A DNA stretch of 64,000 nt from Acidobacteriota bacterium (GCA_963666055.2 CAXWPH010000012.1:64001-128000); one strand, 5' to 3'; positions 1 to 12,404 are shown, counted from the stretch's first letter. Numbers and translations: made by a program. The notes: generated from the sequence alone by a model not told the origin.

Positions 1-2145
<2,145 letters not shown>

Positions 2146-2293
2146 ACCGGACCGTTGGAGCATGCGGGGGTACGAAGGCAGTAAGCTGGTCGGGCCACAA
2201 GCGGGCCGATGCGGTATCATCCTTCGTATGGTGTGCTCGCGACCCGCCGCGTGGGCGCGAGACGTACAAACTCCCCCTGCGCCCGAAGACGCC

Positions 2294-4789
2294 ATGGACC
2301 TTCTCCCGAGCGATCAGTCACGCTATCTCTTCGCCCTCCGGGCAACGGCCTTGGCGGTGCTCGTGATCCTCGTGGTCGACTCGAGCCTGCTACTCGCGGC
2401 TCCCACCGCCCAGCTGCCGCCCGCACAGGTCGCCGCTGCCGCGCGCGGTCCACAAGGCCGGAACATCGAAGAGATCCGCATCATCGGTAACGAGCGATTC
2501 GATTCCGACACGATCAGCTTCTACATGGCGAGCCGTACCGGGGCGCCTTTCGATACCGCCACCGCAGAGCTCGACTACATGTCGCTGTTCAATACGAACT
2601 GGTTCTACAACCTGGTAATGAGCTGGGAAGAGGGAACCAACGGCAGCATCGTGCTCGTCATCGACGTGGAGGAGCTACCCCTGCTTCGGCAGGTCCGCAT
2701 CGAAGGAACCCGCAAGGTACGCCTGGACGACTTCTTCGAGCGCCTCGATCTGATCGAGCGCCACGTGACCATCAACGACCCGATCGACGAGCAACTGCTG
2801 CGTGACAACATCGAAGTGCTGACGTTCATGCTGCAAGGCGACGACGGGTTGCAGTTCGTGCAGATCGACCTCGAGGTCGTGGAGTCAGAGCTCGGTGCCG
2901 GGGTGGACGCGATCTACCGGGTCATCGAGGGCGACTCCGTGCGCATCGCGCTGGTGCAGTTCGAAGGCAACACTGTCTTCAGCGATCAGCAGCTGCGATG
3001 GGCGATGAAACGCACCGCCGAGCACCACTTCATGTCGTTCCTCAGCAAGAGCGATCGTTTTTCGCGCGCCGGCTACGAGTTCGACATGGTCGAGCTTCAG
3101 AAGCTATATCACCGCAACGGCTACCTGGAGTTCGATGCCGACGAGCCGCGCATCGAGGTGTTTACCGAAAACCGATCGCTGTGGTTTGACGATCGGGAAC
3201 GACTGGCGATAACGATTCCGATTTATGAGGGCACGCAGTATCACATCGGCGACATCAGGATCGAAGGAAACACCGCTTTCAGCGACGAAGAGCTTATCCG
3301 GGAGATCGGGCTCCGTCCCGGCGACATTCTGAATATCGAGGAAGTTCAGGCGGCAAACCAGGCGCTTGCCGACAAATACACGAACGCTGGATATCTACAG
3401 GTCGCCATTGCTCCGATTCCCTATCAAGACCCGTCGACCGGCCTCGCCAACCTGACCTACCAGGTGCAGGAGAACGCCATCTATCGGGTAAACCGAATCG
3501 AGTTTTCGGGCAATACAAACACGCGCGACTTCGTCCTCCGACGAAACCTCAACCTGCACGAGCTGGCGCAATGGGATCAAAGCCGCTTCGACACCAGTCT
3601 CAACCGACTATGGCGTCTCGGCTATTTTCAGAACGTCGAGCATAACCTCGCTAGCGCCCCCCCCGGGGAGTCCCTTGATCCTGCAGTGCCGGCCGATCCG
3701 CAGTTCGGCTCTGTGGATGTCGACTTGAGAGTCGCGGAGATCGGTCGCAACCAGATCTCGTTCGGCGGCGGTGTATCAGCGCTCGAAGGCGGCTTCGTCC
3801 AGTTCGGCTATTCGACCCGCAATCTGTTCGGCTATGGGCAGACGGTGTCGATCAACGGGCAGGTTGGAAAGCTCCGTCAGAACGTACGGCTATCGTTCTC
3901 GGATCCATATTTCCTCGGCAAGCGCGTGCGCTTCGGTGTCGACATATTCCGCGATGCCATTGATTTCCCCGACTTTCAACGGTCAGGCACCGGCGGGGCG
4001 ATCCGCTTCGGCCTGCCGCTGAACGTCAACGAGACGATCGCCGCGTTCCTCGAGTACAACTACGAGGTCATCGATATCGGCAACGTCAGCAGCTCACTAG
4101 GGAGCATCTCGTCGCCGCTGTTCCAGGCACTCTTCCTGACCCGGGGGCGCCGCGTCACCAGCTCGATACGACCGTTCGTGTTCCATTCCAATCTCGACAA
4201 CCCTTTCATGGCATCGCGCGGCAGCCGCACGAGTGCCTCGTTCGAGTACGCTGGCGGACCTCTCGGTGGCACGCTCGACTTCTGGCGCGCCAGCCTGCGC
4301 ACCACCTGGTACATCCCCACCGCGACCCGCTCCGGGTTCATTCGCACCCCCAAGCAAATCCTGGTGCTCAATGTCAGGGCCGACTATGCCGAGCCGCTGG
4401 GGGATCTCGTGGAGCTGCCGATCTTCGAGCGCTTCTTCTTGGGCGGAACCAACTCGGTTCGGGGTACGCGGCTGCGGTCGATTGGCCCGATTGACGAGTT
4501 CGGCAACATTCTCGGCGGCACCAAGGGGCTGCAGTACAACCTCGAGTACATCTTCGCTCTCACCCCGGCACTGCGCGTGAAGGGGTTCCACGACGCTGGA
4601 CAGGCCTGGTTATCAGACGACGACATCAGCATCCGGGACATGCGTCGTACGGTGGGGCTGGAGTTCGAGATCTTCGCGCCCGTCTTCAATATACCGATGC
4701 GCTTCTTCTGGGCCTACAACTTCGATCCCCTGGAGATCTTCGGGGAGCAGAGGTCGACGTTCGAGTTCGCGATTGGCTCGACGTTCTAG
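2294..4789 (+). CDS. bamA: Outer membrane protein assembly factor BamA
   Basis: Signal peptide, five POTRA-like repeats (I.GN..F), C-terminal beta-barrel ending FEFAIGSTF; ATG at 2294 is in frame with ORF 2081..4789. Confidence 0.9.
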   Translation: MDLLPSDQSRYLFALRATALAVLVILVVDSSLLLAAPTAQLPPAQVAAAARGPQGRNIEEIRIIGNERFDSDTISFYMASRTGAPFDTATAELDYMSLFNTNWFYNLVMSWEEGTNGSIVLVIDVEELPLLRQVRIEGTRKVRLDDFFERLDLIERHVTINDPIDEQLLRDNIEVLTFMLQGDDGLQFVQIDLEVVESELGAGVDAIYRVIEGDSVRIALVQFEGNTVFSDQQLRWAMKRTAEHHFMSFLSKSDRFSRAGYEFDMVELQKLYHRNGYLEFDADEPRIEVFTENRSLWFDDRERLAITIPIYEGTQYHIGDIRIEGNTAFSDEELIREIGLRPGDILNIEEVQAANQALADKYTNAGYLQVAIAPIPYQDPSTGLANLTYQVQENAIYRVNRIEFSGNTNTRDFVLRRNLNLHELAQWDQSRFDTSLNRLWRLGYFQNVEHNLASAPPGESLDPAVPADPQFGSVDVDLRVAEIGRNQISFGGGVSALEGGFVQFGYSTRNLFGYGQTVSINGQVGKLRQNVRLSFSDPYFLGKRVRFGVDIFRDAIDFPDFQRSGTGGAIRFGLPLNVNETIAAFLEYNYEVIDIGNVSSSLGSISSPLFQALFLTRGRRVTSSIRPFVFHSNLDNPFMASRGSRTSASFEYAGGPLGGTLDFWRASLRTTWYIPTATRSGFIRTPKQILVLNVRADYAEPLGDLVELPIFERFFLGGTNSVRGTRLRSIGPIDEFGNILGGTKGLQYNLEYIFALTPALRVKGFHDAGQAWLSDDDISIRDMRRTVGLEFEIFAPVFNIPMRFFWAYNFDPLEIFGEQRSTFEFAIGSTF

Positions 4790-5837
4790 ATCCATCGCCG
4801 GGCTGCGGCTGACCGCGCTTGCGGACCTCGTCGACGGTACATTGGAAGGCGATCCCGAACGTATCGTTGCGGGCGTGGCAGAGATCGAACTGGCGACCGA
4901 ACGCGACATCGTATTCGTCACCGACAGCAAGCGAGCCAGGGCACTGGCGACCACGTGTGCCGCCGCGGTGCTCGTACCGCAGGAGTTGGAGGTCGCACAA
5001 CACACGCCAGGCAAGGGAATCAATCTGATACGGGTCGAAGATCCGTATTGCGCCGTCGCCCTCGTTCTCGATGCGCTGTATCCCCTCCAGCCGACAACAA
5101 GCGGAATCCACGCTAGCGCCAGGATCGATCCGGGGGCGGACCTGGCGACCGACGTGGCCGTGGGCGCCCACGTGGAGATCGGTGCCGCGGCCGTAATCGG
5201 AGCCCGCAGCCAAATCGGCCATGGCTGCACGATCGCGCCGGGCGTGCGCCTGGGTGAGGATTGCACGCTCTATCCGAACGTCACTGTCTACGAGGGCACA
5301 CGGATCGGCGACCGCGTCGTACTTCACGCCGGCGTGGTGATCGGCGCGGACGGCTTCGGATTCGCGCGCCACGGATCACATCAGAGGAAAATCCCGCAGA
5401 TTGGTGGGGTCATACTCGAGGACGACGTGGATATCGGCGCCAACTCCTGCATCGATCGCGGCACGCTACGCGACACGCGGGTGGGCGCCGGGACCAAAAT
5501 CGACAACCTGGTGCAGATCGGCCACAATTGCGACATTGGTCGGCATTGTGCGATCAGTGGCCAGGCTGGCCTCTCCGGCAGCACGGTGCTGGAGGATGGC
5601 GTCATCGTCGGTGGCAACGTCGGCACCTCGGGCCACCAGGTGATCGGAGCCGGCTCGATGCTTGCCGCCAGAAGCGGGGTCCACGGCGACCTGCCTCCGG
5701 GTTCGGTCGTCGGAGGCTCTCCGCATATGGAAATTGGCTTGTGGCGACGCGTTGTCGGTACGCTCACCAAGCTTCCGGAGTTGCGGCGGCGCGTACGGCG
5801 ACTGGAGAAGGCGGCCGAGAGCCGCGGCGAGGAGTAG
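4773..5837 (+). CDS. lpxD: UDP-3-O-acyl-glucosamine N-acyltransferase LpxD
   Basis: Hexapeptide repeats, GADGFGF, IDRG and KIDNLVQIGHN motifs; start uncertain (TTG 4773 or CTG 4803). Confidence 0.92.
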   Translation: MARRSRSIAGLRLTALADLVDGTLEGDPERIVAGVAEIELATERDIVFVTDSKRARALATTCAAAVLVPQELEVAQHTPGKGINLIRVEDPYCAVALVLDALYPLQPTTSGIHASARIDPGADLATDVAVGAHVEIGAAAVIGARSQIGHGCTIAPGVRLGEDCTLYPNVTVYEGTRIGDRVVLHAGVVIGADGFGFARHGSHQRKIPQIGGVILEDDVDIGANSCIDRGTLRDTRVGAGTKIDNLVQIGHNCDIGRHCAISGQAGLSGSTVLEDGVIVGGNVGTSGHQVIGAGSMLAARSGVHGDLPPGSVVGGSPHMEIGLWRRVVGTLTKLPELRRRVRRLEKAAESRGEE

Positions 5838-5840
5838 GCT

Positions 5841-6296
5841 TTGACCGTCGACATCGCAGGCATCATGGCGGCACTGCCACATCGTTATCCGTTCTTGCTG
5901 GTCGACCGCATCGTCGAGATGGATCCCGGTGAACGGGTCGTCGGGATCAAGAACGTTACCGTGAACGAACCGTTCTTTCCCGGTCACTTCCCGGGCAGCC
6001 CGGTAATGCCCGGAGTGCTGATCGTCGAGGCGATGGCGCAGACTGGGGCTGTCATGGTGATTCGCGACGGCGGCGAAGCCCTCGCCGGCAAGTTTTTCTA
6101 CCTTGCTGGTGTCGACAAGGTGCGCTTCCGTCGGCCCGTTGTCCCCGGCGATCAACTACGGATGGAGCTCACGGTTCTTTCTATGCGTCGACGCGCGTGC
6201 AAGATGGCTGGCCGGGCGACGGTCGACGGAGAGCTCGCCGCCGAGGCTATTCTACTGTCATTGATGGTCGATCCGGGAACCGGTGTGGCGCGATGA
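5841..6296 (+). CDS. fabZ: 3-hydroxyacyl-ACP dehydratase FabZ
   Basis: [11 protein letters not shown] and [23 protein letters not shown] motifs. Confidence 0.95.
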   Translation: MTVDIAGIMAALPHRYPFLLVDRIVEMDPGERVVGIKNVTVNEPFFPGHFPGSPVMPGVLIVEAMAQTGAVMVIRDGGEALAGKFFYLAGVDKVRFRRPVVPGDQLRMELTVLSMRRRACKMAGRATVDGELAAEAILLSLMVDPGTGVAR

Positions 6297-7078
6297 GCGT
6301 GCAGGTAGAGTGCCATCCGACGGCTATCGTATACGAGGGAGCAGAGCTCGGCGTCGGCGTCAAGCTCGGGCCGTATGCCATCGTTCATCCGACCGCAGCA
6401 ATCGGCGACAGATCGGAGATTGGCGCCTTCGCGGTGGTGCACGATCACACTACTCTGGGCGCGCAGACGCGCGTCTTCCCGCACGCCTCGGTCGGGTCCG
6501 AGCCCCAAGACCTGAAGTTCGATGGCGAGATGTCGTTCTTGGACTCCGGCGAGGGCAACACGTTCCGCGAGTTCGTAACAGTGAATCGGGGTACCGAAGG
6601 CGGGGGCGGCGTGACCCGGATCGGTTCGGGCAACATTTTCATGGCCTACTCGCACGTGGCGCACGATTGCCAGGTCGGCAATCACACTATCTTCGGCAAT
6701 TCCGCCACCCTGGCGGGACACGTCGAGGTCGGCGACTACGCGATCCTCAACGCTTTCTGCGGCATCCAACAGTTCGTCCGTGTCGGCGCACACGCCTTCC
6801 TGGCGGCGCAGGCCGGGATTACCAAGGACGTCGTGCCTTTCGCCCGGGCACGCGGCAACCACGCGCGCATCCTGGGCTTGAATTCGGTAGGTCTGCAACG
6901 CCGCGGCTTCGACGATGCGGTATGCCGCGACCTCAAGCGAGCCTTCCGCATCTTATTCCGTGAGAAGCTCAACACCACCCAGGCGCTGGCAAAGATCGCC
7001 GCAGTCGGGCTCGCGGGTCCCGAGCTTGACCAGCTGGTGTCATTCGTAAAGAGCAGTGAGCTCGGAATCGCCAAGTGA
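6293..7078 (+). CDS. lpxA: UDP-N-acetylglucosamine acyltransferase LpxA
   Basis: Hexapeptide repeats, [14 protein letters not shown]; ATG overlaps the fabZ stop (ATGA). Confidence 0.94.
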   Translation: MSVQVECHPTAIVYEGAELGVGVKLGPYAIVHPTAAIGDRSEIGAFAVVHDHTTLGAQTRVFPHASVGSEPQDLKFDGEMSFLDSGEGNTFREFVTVNRGTEGGGGVTRIGSGNIFMAYSHVAHDCQVGNHTIFGNSATLAGHVEVGDYAILNAFCGIQQFVRVGAHAFLAAQAGITKDVVPFARARGNHARILGLNSVGLQRRGFDDAVCRDLKRAFRILFREKLNTTQALAKIAAVGLAGPELDQLVSFVKSSELGIAK

Positions 7079-7892
7079 GCCGCTGGCGCTGATCGCCGGC
7101 AGCACACAAATGCCCGTGTTGGTCGCCCGCCAGGCTCGACAGGCCGGCAGGCGCGTTGTTGCCGCTGCCATCCACGGCATCACCGATCCTGCGCTCGAGG
7201 CGCACGTCGACGGCGTCCAGTGGCTCCATTGGGGAGACCTGCCCGCTTTCTTCAGCGTGCTCGATGGTTGGCGGCGGGATGGCATCACCGAAGCCATCAT
7301 GGCGGGAAAGGTCGAACAGAAGCGCATGTACGAGCGCGATGCTGACGGCGGAATGCAGGCGATGTTAGCCGAGCTCCCATCCGGCCACACGGACCAGCTG
7401 CTCGGCGCGGTGGCGAAGGTGCTGGAGTCGGCCGGGATTCGTCTGGTCGAGTCGACGCGTTATCTACGCCAGTTGATGCCGGCGCCGGGGTGGACTGCCT
7501 GGCGCCAGCTGACGGCTGCCGAGGACGCCGACATCCGACACGGCTGGCGGATCGCCAAGGCTCTCGGCGAGCACGACATCGGGCAAACCGTCGTGGTCAA
7601 GGAGAAAGCCGTATTGGCCGTGGAGGGAATGGAAGGGACGGACGCCTGCGTCCGAAGAGGCGGCGAGCTCGGCGGCCCCGGCTCGGTGGTTGTGAAAGTG
7701 GCCAAGCCAGATCAAGATCTGCGATTCGACGTGCCCGTGGTCGGCGCACGTACGCTGGAGAACATGCATGCGGTCGGCGCCTCGGCGCTAGCGATCGAAG
7801 CGGACATGACGGTCCTGTTCGACCGCGCACGCGTCGAAAAGCTGGCGCAGGAATTGGACATCGCGTTGATCGCTAGAGCTGACGATGCCTGA
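7056..7892 (+). CDS. lpxI: UDP-2,3-diacylglucosamine pyrophosphatase LpxI (DUF1009)
   Basis: LIAG, DIGQTVVV, AVEGMEGTD and KP.QDLRFDVPVVG motifs; position after lpxA. Confidence 0.88.
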   Translation: MSSESPSEPLALIAGSTQMPVLVARQARQAGRRVVAAAIHGITDPALEAHVDGVQWLHWGDLPAFFSVLDGWRRDGITEAIMAGKVEQKRMYERDADGGMQAMLAELPSGHTDQLLGAVAKVLESAGIRLVESTRYLRQLMPAPGWTAWRQLTAAEDADIRHGWRIAKALGEHDIGQTVVVKEKAVLAVEGMEGTDACVRRGGELGGPGSVVVKVAKPDQDLRFDVPVVGARTLENMHAVGASALAIEADMTVLFDRARVEKLAQELDIALIARADDA

Positions 7893-8847
7893 CCGGGTAC
7901 GCGTCGGCGTCGTCGGAGTAGGCTCCATTGGCCGACACCACGCGCGCATCTATGCCGATAGCGACGCGGCACATCTGGTTGGCGTATACGACCTTCACGC
8001 AGATCGGTCAATCGAGTTGGCGCGAACCACGGGATGCAGGGCCTTCGACGAGCTCGCCACCCTGCTCGATAGCGTCGACGCGGTCAGCGTAGCAGTGCCG
8101 ACGCTGGCTCACGAGGACGTAGGGCTGCGCTGCCTCCAGGCCGGCTGTGATGCGTTGATCGAGAAACCTATCGCCAACAGCATCGACGCCGCCGACCGAC
8201 TCATCGCCAGCGCTGCGGAAGAAGACCGACTGCTGCAGATCGGGCATGTGGAGCGCTACAACCCGGCCGTCGAGGCGTTGCTGAGCCGTGTCGAGCGGCC
8301 GGGCTTCGTCGAGATTCATCGCCTTGGTTCATTCGCGGCGCGAGGCCTCGAAGTCGATGTAATCCTCGACCTTATGATCCACGACATCGACATCGTCCAC
8401 GCCATGGTCCAGGGCGATATCGACGAGGTTCGCGCCGTCGGTGTTCCCGTGCTGTCGGACGAGATCGACATCGCTAACGCTCGCCTCGAGTTCAGCGGCG
8501 GCTGCATCGTAAACATGACCGCCAGCCGGGTGAGTCTAAAGCGCGTCCGCAAGGTCCGGATCTTCGCACCTTCCGGGTATCTCTCGGTTGACTATTCTGC
8601 CCAGGAGGTAGCGCACTACCGGCTCGGCCACGAGGGGGGCCGCCCCAGTATCGAGGCCGTCCCGGTAAAGGTCGACCGAGCCGAGCCACTGGCTTGTCAA
8701 CTGAACGATTTCCTGGCCTCAGTGCGGACCAGGGATGCGCCGCGCGTCGACGGAGCCTCTGGTCGTCGAGCCCTGGAAACAGCGCTTCGCATCCGCGACG
8801 CGATGACGCGGCGGGCCGTTGCCCACCAGCCTGTCGCCAAGGGATAG
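7885..8847 (+). CDS. Gfo/Idh/MocA family oxidoreductase (GnnA-like)
   Basis: GVGSIG Rossmann motif, EKP, GHVERYNPA, DLMIHDID; inside the lipid A cluster. Confidence 0.85.
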   Translation: MPDRVRVGVVGVGSIGRHHARIYADSDAAHLVGVYDLHADRSIELARTTGCRAFDELATLLDSVDAVSVAVPTLAHEDVGLRCLQAGCDALIEKPIANSIDAADRLIASAAEEDRLLQIGHVERYNPAVEALLSRVERPGFVEIHRLGSFAARGLEVDVILDLMIHDIDIVHAMVQGDIDEVRAVGVPVLSDEIDIANARLEFSGGCIVNMTASRVSLKRVRKVRIFAPSGYLSVDYSAQEVAHYRLGHEGGRPSIEAVPVKVDRAEPLACQLNDFLASVRTRDAPRVDGASGRRALETALRIRDAMTRRAVAHQPVAKG

Positions 8848-8967
8848 AGAGGTGCTGGGCACGATCCGGCATTGCGGCGTTGAGCGTGGCGTGGGCTCTC
8901 TCGGCCGACCACGAGCCCCATGGTAAACTCTCGCGCTTCCTGAGTGCCTTTCGTGGTTCACGAGACG

Positions 8968-10110
8968 ATGAAATACCGCTACAACGCGAGCCCGCGTCCG
9001 ACCGTCGGTGTCGAAGAGGAGTACCAGATTTGTGACCCGAGCACGGGAGATCTAGTACCGCGGGTCAACGAGCTGATGGCCCATGCCGATGAGGGCACGG
9101 CGCGTTTTCTGGCCCACGACCTTATTCAGGGACTGATCGAAGCGGTCACGGATATCGCCGAGACGGTCGACGAGGCAGCCGCTGACCTGGCCGCGAAGCG
9201 CCGGCTTGTGCTCTCGTATGCGGAAGCGGAAGGCTGCACGCTGGGCATCACCGGGGCACATCCGTACGCCGATCCGCGCGAGACTGCATTCGTCGATACC
9301 GAGTCATACCGTTGGGTCCGTGACCAACTGCGCTACATCGCCGGACGCAATCTCTCGTTCGGCCTCCACGTTCACGTCGGCGTGGACGATGCGGAGCGTG
9401 CCATCTACGTGGCCAACCGGCTGCGGCGATGGATTGGGCCGCTGATCGCAGTAGCCGCCAACTCGCCGTTCCTCGACGGTGTCGATACCGGCTGGGATTC
9501 GGCGCGCTCGGTTGCCTTCGGCAGCTTCCCGCGCTCCGGAGTTCCTCCACACTTGCGGAGCTGGGCGCACTACGAACAGGTCATGGGAGGGCTTCAGGCG
9601 GCCAACAGCATCAAGACACCACGCCACGTGTGGTGGAACGTGCGCCCTCATCCGACGTTCGGCACCGTCGAGATTCGCGCCTGTGACGTGCAGATGTCGT
9701 TGCGTCGCACCACTGCGATCGCTGCTCTTTGTCAGGCGCTGGTGGTGGGATACGGCGAGCGCCATCGGGCCGGAGAGGCCGAGCCGGCCCAGGATCAGGA
9801 GTTTCTCGATGACGGGCGGTTCAAAGGCATGCGTTTCGGCCTCGACGCTACAGTAATCGACGCGGAGACGCATGAGATCATGTCGATGCGGGAGATGGCC
9901 CGACTCATGGTGGCAGACGCTGGCGAGGCGAGTGCCTCGCTCGGCACCGAGTCGCATCTCCGCACGCTGTCGGAGATCATCGAATCCGGAAACGGGGCGA
10001 CGTACCAACGGGCGCTGGCGGAGGAGCTCGGAGGCGATCTGGTAGCGGTGCAGCTCCGACTGTTGGACGAGGCACGCTCTCTGGTGCTAGAACCCGACGT
10101 TCCCCTCTGA
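8968..10110 (+). CDS. YbdK-family carboxylate-amine ligase (GCS2 family)
   Basis: TVGVEEEYQ, FGLHVHVG, ANSPF and WWNVRPHPTFGTVEIR.CD motifs. Confidence 0.88.
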   Translation: MKYRYNASPRPTVGVEEEYQICDPSTGDLVPRVNELMAHADEGTARFLAHDLIQGLIEAVTDIAETVDEAAADLAAKRRLVLSYAEAEGCTLGITGAHPYADPRETAFVDTESYRWVRDQLRYIAGRNLSFGLHVHVGVDDAERAIYVANRLRRWIGPLIAVAANSPFLDGVDTGWDSARSVAFGSFPRSGVPPHLRSWAHYEQVMGGLQAANSIKTPRHVWWNVRPHPTFGTVEIRACDVQMSLRRTTAIAALCQALVVGYGERHRAGEAEPAQDQEFLDDGRFKGMRFGLDATVIDAETHEIMSMREMARLMVADAGEASASLGTESHLRTLSEIIESGNGATYQRALAEELGGDLVAVQLRLLDEARSLVLEPDVPL

Positions 10111-10130
10111 GCCGGAGCTGACGCGTCAAC

Positions 10131-10913
10131 GTGTTGCGGATTCATGTCCTCGGCTCGGGCAACGCTGCCGCCGGGCGCCGCCGTGACACCACTGCCCTGG
10201 CGGTGGAAGCCGGCGGCGAGTGGACCCTGGTGGACTGCCCCGGTGGAGCAGTGCACAAGCTGGCGTGCCTGGGCGCCGATCTCGCCGACCTGCGGCGCCT
10301 GCTGGTGACACACAATCACGTCGATCACGTCTACGGCTTCGTCCATCTGGCGCACGCTCTAGTTTTGTCAGCAGAGCAATCGCCCCTCGTCGTGCATGCG
10401 CCTGAGCAGACCCTAGAAACACTACGCGCCATGCTTCAGATTCACGGGCTCGATGCCGCGTGCGCCGATCGCCTCGACCTGCGAAGTGTGGCGCTGCGAC
10501 CGGATACCGAGGTTACCGCCTCTCCGGCCGGCCGCATTGTTGCGACACCGGCGGCCCACAGCCGCGACACCCTCGCGTTACGCTTCGAGCAAAGCGGCCG
10601 GGCGTTTGTCTACGCCTCGGACACCGGTCCCAGCGACGCGGTGGCCGCCTTGAGCTCCGACGTCGATCTCCTCATGCATGATTGTGCCGGGCTGCACCGG
10701 GATCTCGCAGCCTTCGAAGGGCAGCACTCGAGCGCCCGCCAGGCCGGTGAGATCGCCGCAGCAGCCCGGGTCGGGGAACTGAGCCTGACCCATCTGGGAG
10801 AGGCGAGCGAGCACACCGAGGCCGATCTGCTACGCGAGGCGAGCGAACGCTTTAGTGGCCCCGTGGTTGCTGCCGCGGATGGTGATACGTATACCCTGGC
10901 GCCAATCGCCTAG
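10131..10913 (+). CDS. MBL-fold metallo-hydrolase (RNase Z-like paralog)
   Basis: VLGSG, LVDC, THNHVDH (HxHxDH), SDTGP, HSS and LTH motifs. Confidence 0.82.
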   Translation: MLRIHVLGSGNAAAGRRRDTTALAVEAGGEWTLVDCPGGAVHKLACLGADLADLRRLLVTHNHVDHVYGFVHLAHALVLSAEQSPLVVHAPEQTLETLRAMLQIHGLDAACADRLDLRSVALRPDTEVTASPAGRIVATPAAHSRDTLALRFEQSGRAFVYASDTGPSDAVAALSSDVDLLMHDCAGLHRDLAAFEGQHSSARQAGEIAAAARVGELSLTHLGEASEHTEADLLREASERFSGPVVAAADGDTYTLAPIA

Positions 10914-11188
10914 CAGGCCGTGGTGAAAGTGTGGTGGGTCTGGTTACGGCGAGTTGGGGCCAGATGCAAGGCGGCCTGACACTGGCAATGCCCTAGCCAT
11001 CGTCGAGGAAGGCCAACGCTGCAGATGGCCCCAAATCACCGTAACCCTTCGGGCGACAGTGGGTTGCGCGCGTATCCTGCGTCGTTCCTCGTCAACGATG
11101 GGGTAACCATCGCCGCCTCCTCTCTCCTTGCCTCCACTTCGCAAGACCCTGTCGCCAGACCCACCACACTTTCACCACGGCCTGCTAG
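10910..11188. mobile_element. Non-autonomous MITE-like element, copy 1 (279 bp including flanking CTAGs)
   Basis: Perfect terminal inverted repeat CAGGCCGTGGTGAAAGTGTGGTGGGTCTGG flanked by CTAG on both sides; near-identical copies at 26980-27258 and 41141-41316; no transposase ORF. Confidence 0.88.
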
Positions 11189-11381
11189 GATCGAGCCGCC
11201 AATCAGGTGCGGTACCCTCTTCAAGCATGCTCCCTGGAACGGCTAGGTATGGATCGATCGAGCGTACAGCAAGCGTATCCAACTTGATCGAGCATCGCCG
11301 ATGTCGCCGTCGGATGCGGCACCGCATACCGGCCACAGTAGGTCCCGATACGGGGATCGCGCTGCGGGTGGGAAGTTTGAC

Positions 11382-12404
11382 GTGAGCGGCTGGGTGGCGA
11401 GCGCACCGTTGCGGGCGGATCTTGCAGGAGGAACGCTCGACCTGTGGCCCCTGTACTTGCTCCATGCAGATTCCTCGACGGTTAATGTGGCACTTGCCCT
11501 GCGCGCGCGCGCCACGTACGAGCCCGGCGGTCGACTCTGGGAGTTACGAGCCGGCGATCACGGAGCGCGGCTCCAGTTCGCTGCATCCGCGCTTGCTGAC
11601 GCCGCTACCGAAAGCCGGGACGGCGACCCGTTCGCCCTCGTGCTCCGCGTCCTGGCGCATACCGGGCTGCGGCAGGCCGGACGGCTAACGACCACCGTTG
11701 ACGGCCCTCCGGGTGGCGGCATAGGGGGCTCATCGGCATTGCTGGTGGCGCTCTACGGTCTCGCTTGCCGCGCCACTGGGCGACCACTGCGGCGCCAGGA
11801 GCTAGCGAGCCTGGCACGCGATCTAGAAGCCCAGGTGCTGGGATTCCCGACTGGCGTTCAGGACTACTACCCGGCCATCTACGGCGGGGCGCTGCAGCTC
11901 CACTATCGTCCCGGCAGGACTCGAATGGAGCGACTTCCGGTGGATTTGGACGCGCTAGAGGAGCGCCTGTTGCTGGTGTACAGCGGCCAGCCACATGCTT
12001 CGGCACCGTCGAACTGGAGGCTCTACCGGCGCCGCATCGAGGGGGACCCGGCAGCACGCGACGGGTTCGAGGCGATCGCTCGTGCCGCTCTCGCTGCTGG
12101 AGAGGCGATGCGCCACGGCGACTGGGGCGGCCTCGGACACGCCATGAGCGACGATTGGAAGGCGCGCCAGGGTATCGACGCAACGCTAGCGCCACCCGAC
12201 CTGCGTCGCTTGGAGCGCGCCGGTTTGGAGGCCGGAGCAGCTGCGGCGAAGGGCTGTGGTGCGGCGTCCGGAGGATGCATGTTGTTCTTGCTGCGCGATC
12301 CACAGGACCGCCAGACCGTTACCGCCGCCGTCGAGGCAGTCGCCGGCCGGGTCCTCCCGGTGCGTATCGCTCGCAGCGGGCTGCGCGTCCAGCGCGCCAA
12401 CTAG
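11382..12404 (+). CDS. GHMP-family sugar kinase (HddA/heptose-phosphate kinase-like)
   Basis: APLRADLAGGTLD, PPGGGIGGSS, TGVQDY and KGCGAASGGC motifs; GTG at 11382 is the likely start. Confidence 0.82.
   Translation: MSGWVASAPLRADLAGGTLDLWPLYLLHADSSTVNVALALRARATYEPGGRLWELRAGDHGARLQFAASALADAATESRDGDPFALVLRVLAHTGLRQAGRLTTTVDGPPGGGIGGSSALLVALYGLACRATGRPLRRQELASLARDLEAQVLGFPTGVQDYYPAIYGGALQLHYRPGRTRMERLPVDLDALEERLLLVYSGQPHASAPSNWRLYRRRIEGDPAARDGFEAIARAALAAGEAMRHGDWGGLGHAMSDDWKARQGIDATLAPPDLRRLERAGLEAGAAAAKGCGAASGGCMLFLLRDPQDRQTVTAAVEAVAGRVLPVRIARSGLRVQRAN

Noticed and set aside
10944-11385. Short ORFs within and around the repeat element (also 26730-27258 and 41122-41439)
   Set aside because: They recur only because the non-coding repeat recurs; no transposase or other motifs, and copy 3 deletes part of them
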